A DNA stretch of 64,000 nt, taken from assembly GCA_018713725.1 (NCBI GenBank), contig DVOJ01000004.1:19881-83880 (forward strand), in the 5' to 3' direction. Of the stretch, positions 47,201-55,300 are shown one piece after another (positions within the stretch are counted from its first letter, which is position 1; each line of letters starts with the position of its first letter). A model generated the notes under the pieces. That model did not search any database. It saw only the letters and a list, made by a program, of their open reading frames with translations, and had not been told where the DNA came from. Made by a program: the position numbers and the translations under genes. The stretch is from Candidatus Caccopulliclostridium gallistercoris. GTDB taxonomy: Bacteria > Bacillota > Clostridia > Christensenellales > UBA1242.

Positions 47201-49326
47201 CCAAAGTAGGAATTAAGATTGCTTCAAAATTAGCTGTTAGAGCTGTTCCGGTGGTAGGCTGGGCTGCAGGTTTTGTTGTAGACGTTGTAATGTGGGGGTT
47301 TGAAGATTCCCCTCGAAGTGCTACTTATTTGTTGTCTCCTATTTCAGAAGAAGAAGCAGTAGAAAAGAATGAAGATGGAAGCTTAACTGATAATATGAAA
47401 TCCGGTGTTGTAAAATTGTATTCTGGTAATAATAGATTGATAGGATATTATTCATTTGCTAATCCAGATAATATTAAACATTCTGATATTATAACAGCAA
47501 TGTCTGAAGATCCAAGAAATGTTCATAATGTTTTAAGGTATACAGGAAGTTTTGTATCTCCAATAGGCTATAACGCAGCTACTTTAAATTGTTTTTCAAT
47601 AGTTGATAGTTGTTCATTGAATGGGAATAATTATACTGATGCTGACAATGAAGAAGCGTTGTGGATAAAGGATTCGGTTAACGACGGAGCTAATACTGAT
47701 TATAATAAGAGTTTAGATGAATTAAGGGATAAAGAAGAAACTTATGAATCTACAACAATTAATTATACTCATATAGAAACTGACCCAGAGGATTCTAACT
47801 ATTATATATTTAGATTAGATATAGATGAAATCACTATTTCAGATGTTTTAGGCGATGATGAAGTGTGGGTTCCTGTTAGCTATCGTGGTGAAAACTATGT
47901 TTATAAGCAAGAAAGATATGATGTAACAACAAGACCTGAAAAACATGATTTGTATATATTACAAATTGGAGATGAACAAAGAATGGTTAGCGCTGAAAAT
48001 TCATTATTATATAATTTAAGTATTAGTGATGATACTACAAGTGGATCAATTCTTGATAAAAATCATAGTTTTTATAGAATATGGTATAAAAATAGTGCTG
48101 ATTTTGAAACTCCAGATGATAACACAATAAGAATTACAAATCCTTATGTAGTACTCTTCAATGACGAACAAGGATACATTAGTTTGCCATTAACAGAAGA
48201 GGGAGAGTATATTGAATTTTCATCTAGCATTTATAGATCTATGTCTGTAAATGATTTTACAAATACAGGTATAGAGGGTTTCGCTGGGGCAATTGAAAGA
48301 GGTAATATAATAAATAATGAATATGATTATACCTTTGAAGATACAAAAGATTATGAAAAAGTTACCTCAACTAAATTTAATGACATATCAATTGGGCAAT
48401 ATTATATAACCGATGGAAGAACATTGTATATAGGAGAAATAACAAATGAGATTGCATTTGTTGATGAAAATGATGATAATATTTGGAAATATACAATTGA
48501 TGTTACGGATACTAATGGAGAAGTAATTATTTTGGATCCTTACTACCAATATATTGAAGAAAATTCTGAAAAATATATTGAATCTACTGGCAATCCAATT
48601 TTTGAAGGTGATTATGCAAACGCATATTATGTTTATCGTTCTTATTCATATACACAGACGATAGATGATGAAACTCAAACGGTAATCAACTATGTGTATG
48701 GTTATATGAGAGAAAGAAGAATTAGTAAAGATTTTATATCTGATAGTGAAGTAGAACGTATTGATAAAGCCATTATAAATGATCCAAATCATTCGGGAAG
48801 CATGGTAGCAACATTATATAATGTTGATGGAGAAACTAGCCCATGGACCATAGACCCAGATGGGGTTATTAATGACGGGCTTCCGTATTTGAAATTTGTT
48901 CCTATGCTTGTTGAACAAGATGTTGCTTACTATGGCGTGGTTGATAATAATTATATGGCTTTTTCTAGACCTAAAGAAAATACTGGAACTTCTCAAGAAT
49001 TTAGTAAGGAAGATTTTGATAGCTACAATTCTAGACTTACTATTAATAATGAATATCAAAGAGATGAAAACGGTAATGTTTATTTAGGTCAAATTGCGAA
49101 TGAAGGCGCAGACCCAACTTACTTTGTTTACTGCGAAACTATCTACTATGATAAAGCGGGCAATGAAGTTAGTGCAAATGATAACTATACAAGAGTAAAA
49201 TTTACTTATTGGACTTCTTGGGACGATTTTTATAGCAAAAAACTTGATGGACTAAAATATTACTTTGTAAAAAATAAAGACAACGCGCACGGCAAACTTT
49301 GTAGTAAAGAATTTATGTACTTTTAA
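32284..49326 (+). CDS. Giant surface lipoprotein (5680 aa): Ig-like (Big_2-like) arrays plus six GLUG-type beta-helix-like modules, a hydrophobic segment and a roughly 670-aa unassigned C-terminal region
   Basis: Uninterrupted 17-kb ORF. Lipobox LTAC (Cys29, 32368-32370). Recurrent (V/A)GG(L/I)(V/A)G-N-G-I-N-type GLUG-like repeats (e.g. YTGGLVAVNNGTISN, YVGGIAGHNTGTIEY). Module caps lie near 35296, 38964, 40344, 42139, 44266 and 45581. Confidence 0.85.
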   Translation: MNLLKKIVKSPIAIAFMLILALSSILTACGDPYKDLKIVLPDSVAESGLVLELDENNTASTSFTVSLEGAPSSVSRELMVSTSSDRVLATIEYLRGDSSELTLNVTGIVNNVQVTITSEGQKSASFYVSSVKRVTGLQQSQDLSSAYAVVGTPVTLTSNLVTFEPADTTERDVDFILPDGTIGASLENNVLLVSEDYASPNNTIEVIAVSRNNSQVTTRVELQIIEPVTYESTYFYSNSNPMEEIELGSNREITIANNLPSRNSLLINVTLSSKDFEVSYKFKYANVAEVVSSTVAGNTYSFTIRTKGEVGSDELTFEIKHKEFDYSVTTEKLIISAYDTVSQIRTYREGELVETAEGIVTNFDVYDFYANVRGLELSFVIGPTTVPADDRGLTIELRNGASENFIFYNGSGNVITPTQNEDNLDIISIVSGTTIYVVAKENVTAAGQITVVSDANPDVSVTFTLTPMVGAKAVAFGNAVQEEDGTYSYYLTSNQAMTKNIEFLVYPTNINLGEVQVIASGNAFEVVSSTPRYEGTTTITVNDEQITYNKYSIEIVSKAGFEEIGEIRIRLSNGQLLRAKVEVFEALEDAVISVPSPQQTSSIGNVLETTVSGQDIFVASIKRGETVGLNVNTNTNVSISYDFYGETILGDADPYADAYQNLFLDTIPTDGFVTTSGILNALYLNNYNQLIVSNEGKVLVRASVTGYQLDEATGEKVEKIITRYFVIESYIPITSMLLSSSSRTLYSEDSVGSANIDSTKTTFNLVFNNGNTNNQPTYNKLTWNIGYLPTEDITEDVTDKNVTITYRSDSTTDTRTVYTVTFSSGLTSVEISAKATYQLVAGGIGIASVITDTLLVTAREFGQTINRSFLLTIRRANKVENIILENVTEENGIYLEIDRGLEGTGANPDQIFDINAYADTSNNPLNTNLIYEFFPNDGTEANLITVNRTTGLVTLSGNQTKGGSGYIRIAPEDSFIDGRYIAGDEDVAKYIPITIADGRSRETSYRVDNVNNLRQWIQNYPELYYTLTIDITDQPLTTPLDTLDGNTVEFNGGLFGRLEGEDTCRTIILNGTSLFTNLGANAVIEDFTLQGEATFGFVAQENNGTIRNVTVDTWQEGAEYKPSTVTNSAEEAYTGGLVAVNNGTISNVKFYGSISNLNASAYVGGIAGHNTGTIEYAEVEFYRYSVDTKSTYQADDKSGTIGGLVGYMSSGALNFSYAYSYVKITADDDNIVLNGAKVGILVGELAGGNVNACFGRANTANFVGVNESTSISRIENAYMYAYAGENEQASEVYTYRIIASYREIAEPSTYPDMGGVYNGISFGSDKLWNFAGGINGGYPYFNAIMQDDELDNISEFSIYNTDLTLTDGNGNVIFFYYEPNNMTLTDTENAVLAGWNTLNYRSLFGVENTSSIRITVGDAPIYAGADYLRVQDVNYATFTFSVFSKYDYSLRREFSAVIMYKILDFKLTYAGTEITDSNTDISIKYGNSDNVSTSITTSRVAVNRAINLVQNDMNIVSNAKTGTTTYDDLIVGNEIGVHTIQTAEIAEFTTDEINVTLTLNINEVIDQIFKDIITTNFTKSFNVQLYNGADSIIADSEELTIEPIDSHAQSIEVTIYTDDASGEFDLAASILNDEQLSEEGYSEYHSVTIITEYTVDANGQLVTGQTSESTNYPGISVINIYKDGNDEIIYKEFSNGYAVVRIYRPTIDNYPDDNSDYYKHTYMVTFGLVDDNAVRNKDYNGQAFNFSLFAESTGISTNFNLIVETQKLSYINTTHYTLNYAIWKGETDNQRLHYTYSSIPQSLLAPGNEGLLNVELYPAYSNYSYIEVTSRTVVGSSYQVRLGLMRRLDGTNEFVRETTGYESFTGGIRIFNPNLDSDIGSLYLRTFIPSDVDADTVYELTVTAYSEDGTALKTDTYRLSVQYVAAPELSVNGGKQAIIARGGSGEVEIVVNQDQTIDSLSIDNVAVGTVSYDPLTYTIDESTGLKTYTTTIYFSTDLVPGNAQGENGDNFIIITATTSRTINGTVETAHDVVYVAVADFVINPDGTQLNTDAYNKDVLTVYVGTTQKLEFDFDVDFFLTNDSLASFQTYNYFNSNPINLDPKYDQRRSYIVNGFYDSMPYDFDYDSSNSVIVANFIDNLYYADTYNPDRIELSKVFNRQSGQVAANGYCVFTYDGSNLYVRGLQATTGSVNMLLRIPIQIPNGTDEPTKTYLEYYFTINVVLETNEDKPVIIDTAEKFINMVNSAEPLDYILTEDIYLLDYTPISTTNIRSFDGNNKTIHILSFNTPSDQTSVNLALFNEVLEGTTLKNIRVNVYYGGAVTLNMTGVTSVNVAGFAISNSGIITNCEVVSYSYVGAERPNPQTPGLTVNYNYSNIDVSSIQSRVAGFVITNAGSITNSRVGGTSLEIANGTAITPTAFNIIGQGDVAGFVYENSGIIASSFFMNGTITNQTSSGSDTATAGFAITNTGEIRLSYARGIYANDSEIHATGGGIETASVGAGFIYENSGIIEDSYSNIMLTTIGDKESGRLSAGFVYINNSSAVVRRSYSASRIENSNSTQMNFLGVDVNLDLQNYGLVENSYYYNSDTSLDDEYSSSDMESLYNTTVNRVLDPDVRDSFYGFAFSNSSVEGYTQDGVWYMTTRGPELVSANNIAVSSRILNVEETNEQGEIVDYSFTYADGYRYGSSKNPIIIRDETEFNQVFGGDTANVSSSVAFYYDLASNVAFGNYRIVDNIDLSNLLSDETGLTLRSTEMTLTPTFNNQNEINGLGLLDGNSFTISGIELVSTLGGSNTSYGLFKELQNGAVVMNLNLEIEGVNATGVSYVGALAGTVQDSRIINVSVASANSSEAAVIYGYNITGGVVGRVIGDSYLSNVSAENLTVIAGNEATNLTSQFYNRVIRSNVSYAGGVAGLIDIYTNINSYSFSNALSEPNVVALKATGIMSVYGATVGGVVGYLGPQTMLQDALFEVSGNDNNQKLIAYKFAAGGVVGENYGYIFMVRAEHDSDTQLDIENNYATYYNDPTSEDVNRGNLTLFEFADSTSYKPQYIGGIVGEFVTGKLEKSYSKINVRSSMASYAGGIIGGIPAKDNSSLGGLRDYGAGQTLSLSFTELYATGDVFASVGAGGIFGYIADGVWNAIALEKINAINYWSVPTEQGTEPGQYSVVENNNYINNAYDIYYMPEGSSSLNITLNQTLYDVNAIESFTTSDNTRYYLNKSTSSAVTGNYIINADVQKVSELKNSSNADYVNEMNKIFRNAGWDQEYWDTETDDSVPHIFPHLTFRIEPSVIYIREASDLELLNQYKNKTFIIIGNADSGIVPVGDWLATTKQGFTVEGFSGVLRGRDTSGNYGLDFRVNNSTNTITAPLFTSTFTGAQFSNFVIQNVGQGDSTSTDYREDITSAFVVSATGTTFEGITLENCSISPVMPDGLENEDSSEVAYYVGMLTANAIRCSFSNITFSGENNINFEVNTNTGENNNIHVYVGMMAGNIGSSSKKSTTVVSGIKFENSNININFNSTDSNILNKNIELNVGHIAGASGAIDFDLSTFEEVNDNIYNLTTQITNSQIVEGKNAYNLIDTLNAGAFFGTSTGVVDSNILQRDKLQNNMIVNFALYGNKGQGNKENAPITASYGNVGGLYGRITGGSKSQFIVEKASEDPFHLYINNDIKLNIVRDGTNSEQATAFYYGGAVGRVDHDLNINNIETGGTTTIQSSNISYVGGMVGYVGGRFTASELISGNSVDFTQTNSTAIDNIFGGIVAQINYVSNVEGVQQPLSSITSSINESVFTINSQRVYYGGFVGVFPKPAANVTSSSAPIININNSVAGGGVIVENSASLAVVGGLIGSMMGVAGKSSSSVVINGTLSVYSNIDSNLVYSDLQFKAEPTGNVFMGGILGIGGQGVTISNNYSLSSIIYPFARGDNSNIGVIVGAVNGSSSGEANNYYSNQLSLMVASTNESGSNVKMQNTVYNTIVDAVTTANNTLSSLITQTHYGSKLNPFLISGSEIRINNSENSIVASYSYDSEEKKYKWIIETKLPEVTNYLGSNDQDPFASAMPERKYFKLNSTNGSVIQNLNNLTLSNAAIFGDGASVNINTTGGAAGTEYITNTFISSLDEDSFVTGIKVYVDTRSNQDSDASHYLEEDVKDENGQETGKHLATAYYGGLVGINKGIVYACNAVNSSTRSNDELIEQTMGISGGISINNIPEKITYGDYEYEVNTLVVGGLVAINEATGYISDSFSMVDIVTDESGITNLYLGGLVGRNYGQIDSCYSTGYVQSNSNYTLDSSDNSHNVYSFSYDETGASVKNSYTIAKAKNSNYTFGLGVFGSGADSSNYYDITATERESTSGTATKISDVDYMATYTVNQNGTQVTMQTKILLDINDKGVNKAPFSTVKFAQDPTINYGYPYFGGTGLVTNDTSADYMAINTGDGTANNPFEIPSAGKWQQLTNAGNNPAYVTTGTTQYHMYSWNSYYELIYDIDFANTEITSIKPIGSQEAVLFGDVNNYFSGVFDGNNKTISNATIRNASNSNEIGLGLFGYTGNRTTTFNTVYIQNVILKNSKVSTFDSSDNVDTATSSGGIVGIARNTTIINCHVVNSDIEGFTNAGGILGLAQAGDVLIQQSSSQNSTIRSIGNRNYTNGSETDYVDVTAGGILGLVNDKFEESIYATITESFNTSSVIAGEEVANDTGFANSAMADSAYAGGIVGAGYIFRATFDEEEAEGIIDEENIESLITISNCYNTGSVRANANIPKPFNDIYRYYFYQKDENGEDVKDEYGNPILMQNADDWIEVTKLYLLHTKYENSAFEGDHNYTAAIYSLNIHMLMRQAYSSGISNNSDITACYNTGEVSTNEDDITDVIYHEAENISEGNNSRIDITLNSTTTPTGEALEKTYDKVSYTLKSDNLIGHIPDDDILRRDFKDAIRNGDAYAKGADAERHATAQIITGYASLATHIVAKKIVAKTTTRLLVKGATKVGIKIASKLAVRAVPVVGWAAGFVVDVVMWGFEDSPRSATYLLSPISEEEAVEKNEDGSLTDNMKSGVVKLYSGNNRLIGYYSFANPDNIKHSDIITAMSEDPRNVHNVLRYTGSFVSPIGYNAATLNCFSIVDSCSLNGNNYTDADNEEALWIKDSVNDGANTDYNKSLDELRDKEETYESTTINYTHIETDPEDSNYYIFRLDIDEITISDVLGDDEVWVPVSYRGENYVYKQERYDVTTRPEKHDLYILQIGDEQRMVSAENSLLYNLSISDDTTSGSILDKNHSFYRIWYKNSADFETPDDNTIRITNPYVVLFNDEQGYISLPLTEEGEYIEFSSSIYRSMSVNDFTNTGIEGFAGAIERGNIINNEYDYTFEDTKDYEKVTSTKFNDISIGQYYITDGRTLYIGEITNEIAFVDENDDNIWKYTIDVTDTNGEVIILDPYYQYIEENSEKYIESTGNPIFEGDYANAYYVYRSYSYTQTIDDETQTVINYVYGYMRERRISKDFISDSEVERIDKAIINDPNHSGSMVATLYNVDGETSPWTIDPDGVINDGLPYLKFVPMLVEQDVAYYGVVDNNYMAFSRPKENTGTSQEFSKEDFDSYNSRLTINNEYQRDENGNVYLGQIANEGADPTYFVYCETIYYDKAGNEVSANDNYTRVKFTYWTSWDDFYSKKLDGLKYYFVKNKDNAHGKLCSKEFMYF

Positions 49327-49349
49327 ACAATTCTTTTAGGAGAAAAACA

Positions 49350-52300
49350 ATGAAAAAATTATTTGGGGTTTTATGTGGTGTTATTTTAGCAGTCAGTGGG
49401 CTTTTGCTCACTGCCTGCGGTGACCCATATCAAAATATGACCATTGTTACAGATTTTACAACGCTTGAAATGTCAGTTGGCGAAGAACGTCAGCTTACTG
49501 TTTCCGTGGAAGGAATTTCCGGCAGCGTTAGTTCTGAAGTGGATTTAAGCCCAGACGGAGATTTTGTAACCGTTGTGTCTTCTGAAAGATTAAATGCAGG
49601 GCGTACTCGTTTTACTTTAAAAGCTCTTTCAGTAGGTGAAGGTAGCATTCTTGTTACAACCAAAGAAGGAAGAAAAACAGCAAGTGTTCAAGTTAGAGTT
49701 AGCGAAAACATTCAAAGTTTTTCTAGAAATTCTTCTAACGCATTTATAGTAAGAGAAGACGGCTACGAAATGAATTTAAGCCCAAATAATTTATTTAATT
49801 TTACTCCTTCGGCAACCTCTCAGACGGATTTAAACTATTTTTACACAGTAGGAGATATAGATTACGAAGTAGATAGAATTGTAAGCGAAACCGTTTTAGA
49901 AGATGAACAAGAAGTTTTGTACGTGAGAGTGTACACGGCAGGCGGCGATGTATTTAACGTTTTAGGAACAAATTTCACTTTAAGAGCAGTTTCCGCATAT
50001 AATTCAAGTTTAACTCAGACCTTTACCGTAGATATTATTGAAGATATTGAAGTAGACGCGTTAAGGCTTGTAGAGCGTGGCGGGCTTGGAATAGCAAACC
50101 CTGTTACAATAGTTCAAAAAGGTGAAACGGCTGGCGATGGCGAAGTGGCAAATTTAGAGCTAGTTTCAAATGACGCAACAAGAGCAAATGCTGTGGTTGA
50201 ACTTACGCTAAATTCAAGTGCGGAAAATGTTGAAGTAACATGGTCGTCGGGTTTTTCAATTGTAGAAAACGAGACACCACAAGACGCAGAGAACACTTTT
50301 AGTTTTAGAGTTCAAACGGTGTACGTTGGCGAAGATACTTTAACTATTACACTTAAATATGCCGATTACGAAGGTTATGAAGTAAAACTTGAATATGCAA
50401 TAAACATTGTAAGCGCTCCAAATTCTATAAGTGTAAACGAACTTGAAGACAATGAAAAAATTCAACTTTATGATAATAACTATAACGTTACAATTGCAAG
50501 CGTAAGTTTGACACCTATCATATATTCAACGGATTCAACTTTTACAAGAGTGCTTGTAGATTTCTGTGACGCGAATGGAAATAGAATAGATAACTGGACG
50601 GACTATCTTACACTTAGCTATCAAAACATATCTCGCGTACCAAATGAAAACGGCTATGTAGTGCTTTCGGCTTCGGATTTCCAAAACAACGCGCTTCGTT
50701 CGCCTTTAACCCTTCTTGGTAAAAAGGTTTATGATGGCACTGATGGAATATATATTCGCTTTGAAGTTTCAAGTGAGTATATATCTGCTGGCGACTACGT
50801 TCAAAAGACTTATGAAATTGAAATTGTTCCAGGCGCGGAAGAATTTGAAGTTAATTATCCAATTAATCAAGATAAAATTTATTTAGATTTAAACGCAGAA
50901 GACCCTGTTAAAGTATTTGATGGTTTTACAGTTTCCTCTTCAACTTCTGAAAACGTTTACATAGGGTTATTTACTTACCGCTATTCAAATGCAAACTATT
51001 TCACAGTTGAACAGGTGATAGAAGACGGCGAGCCGCAGCTAGCAGTTAAAATTACTCCACTTGCCGTAGGTAGTGGTGGACGAGTTACCATATATTTGCC
51101 AAACGGCCGTTCCGCCGTGCTTAATGTTGACGTAGAAGCTTCTGTAACTAGCCAAAGTTTTGGCGTGGAAATGAACGATAACATTGTAAGTTTTCAAGAA
51201 GACGCGCTAACTAATACATTTAACATGACCCTAATGGACAGGAAAAACTATGCTGAAACTATGTTTAGGTTCTTAGTTTCTCCAACTGTTGCAACGTTGT
51301 ATTCTGGGAAAATTGACTATACTGTTGATGATACCGAAATGGCGTCTTTTGAATGTGAATATTCAAATTTAACTAACGTTATAACTTTTATTCCATATCT
51401 TGCAGACGGTGTTTACGTATCGGAATTTACTATAAAGTTTACCGTAACTTTGGAGAAGATAGAAGATTTTGTTATTTCTGATGAAACTCAAACAATAGAA
51501 TACACGGTAAACGTTAAATGTTATGTTCCAATTGCTAGTTTAAGTTTTAGCCAGGAAGATAGCTCTGGAAACTTTCAAAGTGTTTCAAGGCTTCCTATTT
51601 ATAATTTATACGCAGGAGAAGGTGGCGTAGGATACTACTATGGAATAACAAACAACTATTCTAGAATACTTGTTTATCCTACTGTAACGCTCTCTTCCGG
51701 TGTAACTTTAAAGGAAGATGAATTAATAGAATATATAAATGCAGTTGACAACAACACTAGCTACTATTTTAGAAGTTCCATAGAAGAAGGGAATTTAAAC
51801 GTAGTAGACGGAATTAGTCAGGGCGCTGATGAAACGGAATATTCTAATAAACTTTTAAATTTTGGTAGCTATAATATAGACCAAAACGATTTAAGTTTAA
51901 GAGTTATCTGTAATTCAGAAACTATTGCAAGCGATACAAGAGATTATTGGTTCTCCTTTAACTTAAATTTGATGGGAATAGATTATTACACTGTAATAAC
52001 CTTAGAACTTCAAGATTTTACAAGGTTAAATTCCATTGGTCTTTACGATTATCAAAGCACAATTTACTTAGACGATAGAAATACAAGTTATTCTTCTGGA
52101 TATTTTATCAATCCAACGGAAGCAGATTGCAGAGAGTTCGATTTAAAATTTATTCCAGATGATACAACGAATATAAACATTATTAGTACAACGAAAACTG
52201 ATACTGAAATAAGTATTTACTATAACAGCACTTATGGCGCTGGCAGCGGAAGACTTTACTTTGTACCAAAAGATTGGTACACCACAGATGAAGATGAAGC

Positions 52301-55300
52301 AAACGATTTCATAGAAAACTCATCTGATTTGCAATACATTACAATTATTGCAAGCAACGGAACAGAAGAACACCCAATTTATATAAATTCTGCTGAAGAG
52401 TTTATTGAAATGGCTTCTTCAACAGAAGGGCTTTCAAGACACTATGCAATATCTACAATAATAGATTTTAGCGGTATAAATTTAACTACTTTCGGCGTGT
52501 TTAGGGGCTCTATTGTGGGAACAAACTCTTCTGCCGGAATAACAAATTTAACTATTACTAACCCTAGGGCTATTGGAGAAGAATCCTATTTAGGCTTGTT
52601 TGCTTACATAGAAGAAGGTGCTTATATAGAAAACCTAACTATTTCTGGCAAACTTGTATCTAATAGCACGAATGCTAAGTACATAGGGCTTATTTGCGGC
52701 GAAAATAGGGGGGGTATAAGAAATGTTTCTGTTTCTCTTTTAAATGATACGTCTAAAAATGAAAGGCTTAGCGTTAATTCAGAAGGGAACGTTTACATTG
52801 GTATTATAGCTGGTAGGTCTAGCGGTAATATAACGAATTCTAACGGAAAATATTTAGTTAACGTTAGAGATAGCTTTAACGTTATAAATGCAAACGCGCT
52901 TCAAACGGGCGCAATTGGCGTTTACGTAGGCGGTGTTGTTGGCTACAACACTGGAAATGTTACATTAAACGATTCAAGCTATTCCGTAACCGGTGAAAAC
53001 GACTTTACCTTTAAAGGAAACCTTAGAGCCACAAATGCAAAAGCCGTGGGCGGAGTTGCCGGTATAAATGCTGGAATATTATCTGGATTAAAAACATCTG
53101 GCAGCGTTATTAATACAGAATCTGGCGAAAATGTTGGCGGACTTGCAGGACTTAACGCTTATATAGACAATGAAACTAACCAAAATTTAGCTGGAACAAT
53201 AGAAAACTCTCTTACAAGAACATATGTAGAAGCAAGCAACTTTGTTGGCGGACTTGCTGGCAAGAATACCTTCTCGTCTGACGCTACTAACGACGTTACA
53301 GGTGTAATACAGAATAACATAATTCAGCTGACCTTTGACGGCGAATTGAAGCATTTAATTTGCGCAAGGGCAGGCGAAAACGCCTATACTTTTGCGGGAG
53401 ATGATACAGCTGAGAGTTTAGCGGCTTCCAACAAGGCATATTACTACGAGCAGTTCCCAGAGGTAGACCCTGAAACAGGAAGATATACTAATGGCCCAAT
53501 TTACTTTTTAAGCGAAGTTAACGGCTTAGATTACAAAATGGGAGCCTTTGAATTTGCCGTAGAAACAATTGAAATAGACGCAAATAAATCTTTCAATTTG
53601 CTTGCAAGTGAAAACGAAGAAGCAACAGACGTTGTAAGTTATCTTTTCTACTATTTAGCGGAAAATGCTTCTTATCAATCATTAATTACAGAACTTAACA
53701 TTCAAGATTTCCAAAATTTCCCAATTCAGTTTGTTAATCCAGAAAATATTAACCTTTATTCTGGCAATACAAAAATTTTAACTTTTGAAGAAGACGGAAA
53801 AATAAGGCTTTGGGGAACGGGTCTTGTTGAAATTACAGCCACTTCTATTTTAAACACAAGTATTCGAAAAACCGTTTACGTTTATGTGTTTAACTATGCT
53901 GAAAATTTCAACATAAAACTTTATAACGACACCTATCTTTCAAACGATAGCACGTCTTACATAGGCATTAATATTGGAAAATCCATAGAGTTAAACTTAG
54001 AATATTCTGCACCAGATATAACTTCTGTTAATGGTCAGCCAATAACGGACGAATACGGTATACCAATTGCCGTTGAACTTGTAAAAAACACAGATTTTAC
54101 AGCAAATGTAACTATAACTGTTGATGAAACAGAGCAAAACTATATTTCTTCTAGTTTAATAGGACAATCTTTACTACTTAGAGCTGATAGCGATTACGAC
54201 GGGCCAATAGACTTAAATGTAACACCAAAATATCAGTTCCAAGTTAATGGTAATAACTATAATTTAGATTTTGCCTTCTTAAAAAATAGTAACGAATACA
54301 ATGCTATTATTAGAGTTGAAAAGGGTACAACGGAAATACTTTTAAATACGGCGGAAATATCCATTGAGCCAACAGACGAGTTTACCGTTAGCTTAGAAAG
54401 GTGGATAACGGACGACGAAAACGATTATATTGAAATATCGTTTGCCAAAGTTGGAGAAACTGGAACAGATGCTTCGCTATTTAATATATTATCTAGCACT
54501 TTAACCGCTGAGACAATTGAAAACACAAACAGAGTTATTTACAGATATTCAGATAGTATAAAGCCAAGCTTTACATTTAGATTTAATTATTTTAATCATA
54601 GCACAAACTATGAAGGCGTATACTACATTAATTTCACAGCGGAAAACGGATATAGGCAAACGCTTGTTGTAAATATTGGAACACAAAGTATTACAAATAT
54701 TACATATAAAAATTATTACGACATAGACGTTTCTAACTTCAATAACACGGCAGAGCCTTTGTCCGATGTAAGCCCAGACGGCGACAACTTGCTTGAAATT
54801 TTGGTATATCCAAACATTGCAGATTACGACTATATAGAAATTACAAACAGTGAAGAAAATTACTCAAATGGTAACGAAGCTATATTCTCGCTTTCTGAAA
54901 TTAATGATGAAAACCAAGTAGTAGATATATTTGGCGCTGAAAGCATAGACGGCGGAATTAGAATTCCTAAGAGTAGAATTAACCAAGACGGAAAAATTTA
55001 TGTAAAATATAACATTTCATCAAAAGCGCAAGACGGCTCTCAGGCTGTGTTTAACATTACGGCTTATAAAGATGGCGTTATACAAAAAACTACGTCTTGC
55101 CCAGTTCGCGTTAGAATTAAAGACGGCGTTTACGTAACAATTATAGGTAAAGAAGACGCTATTCAAGGCGAGAGCGTATTTGTTGCAAAAGGCCTTACCT
55201 ATAACTTAGACGTACAAATTGTAGGTTTTGAACAGGACGAAGTTCATTTTGATAGCACGAATGAACAGTATGCATCTATTAGAAATATAGACGGCAACTT

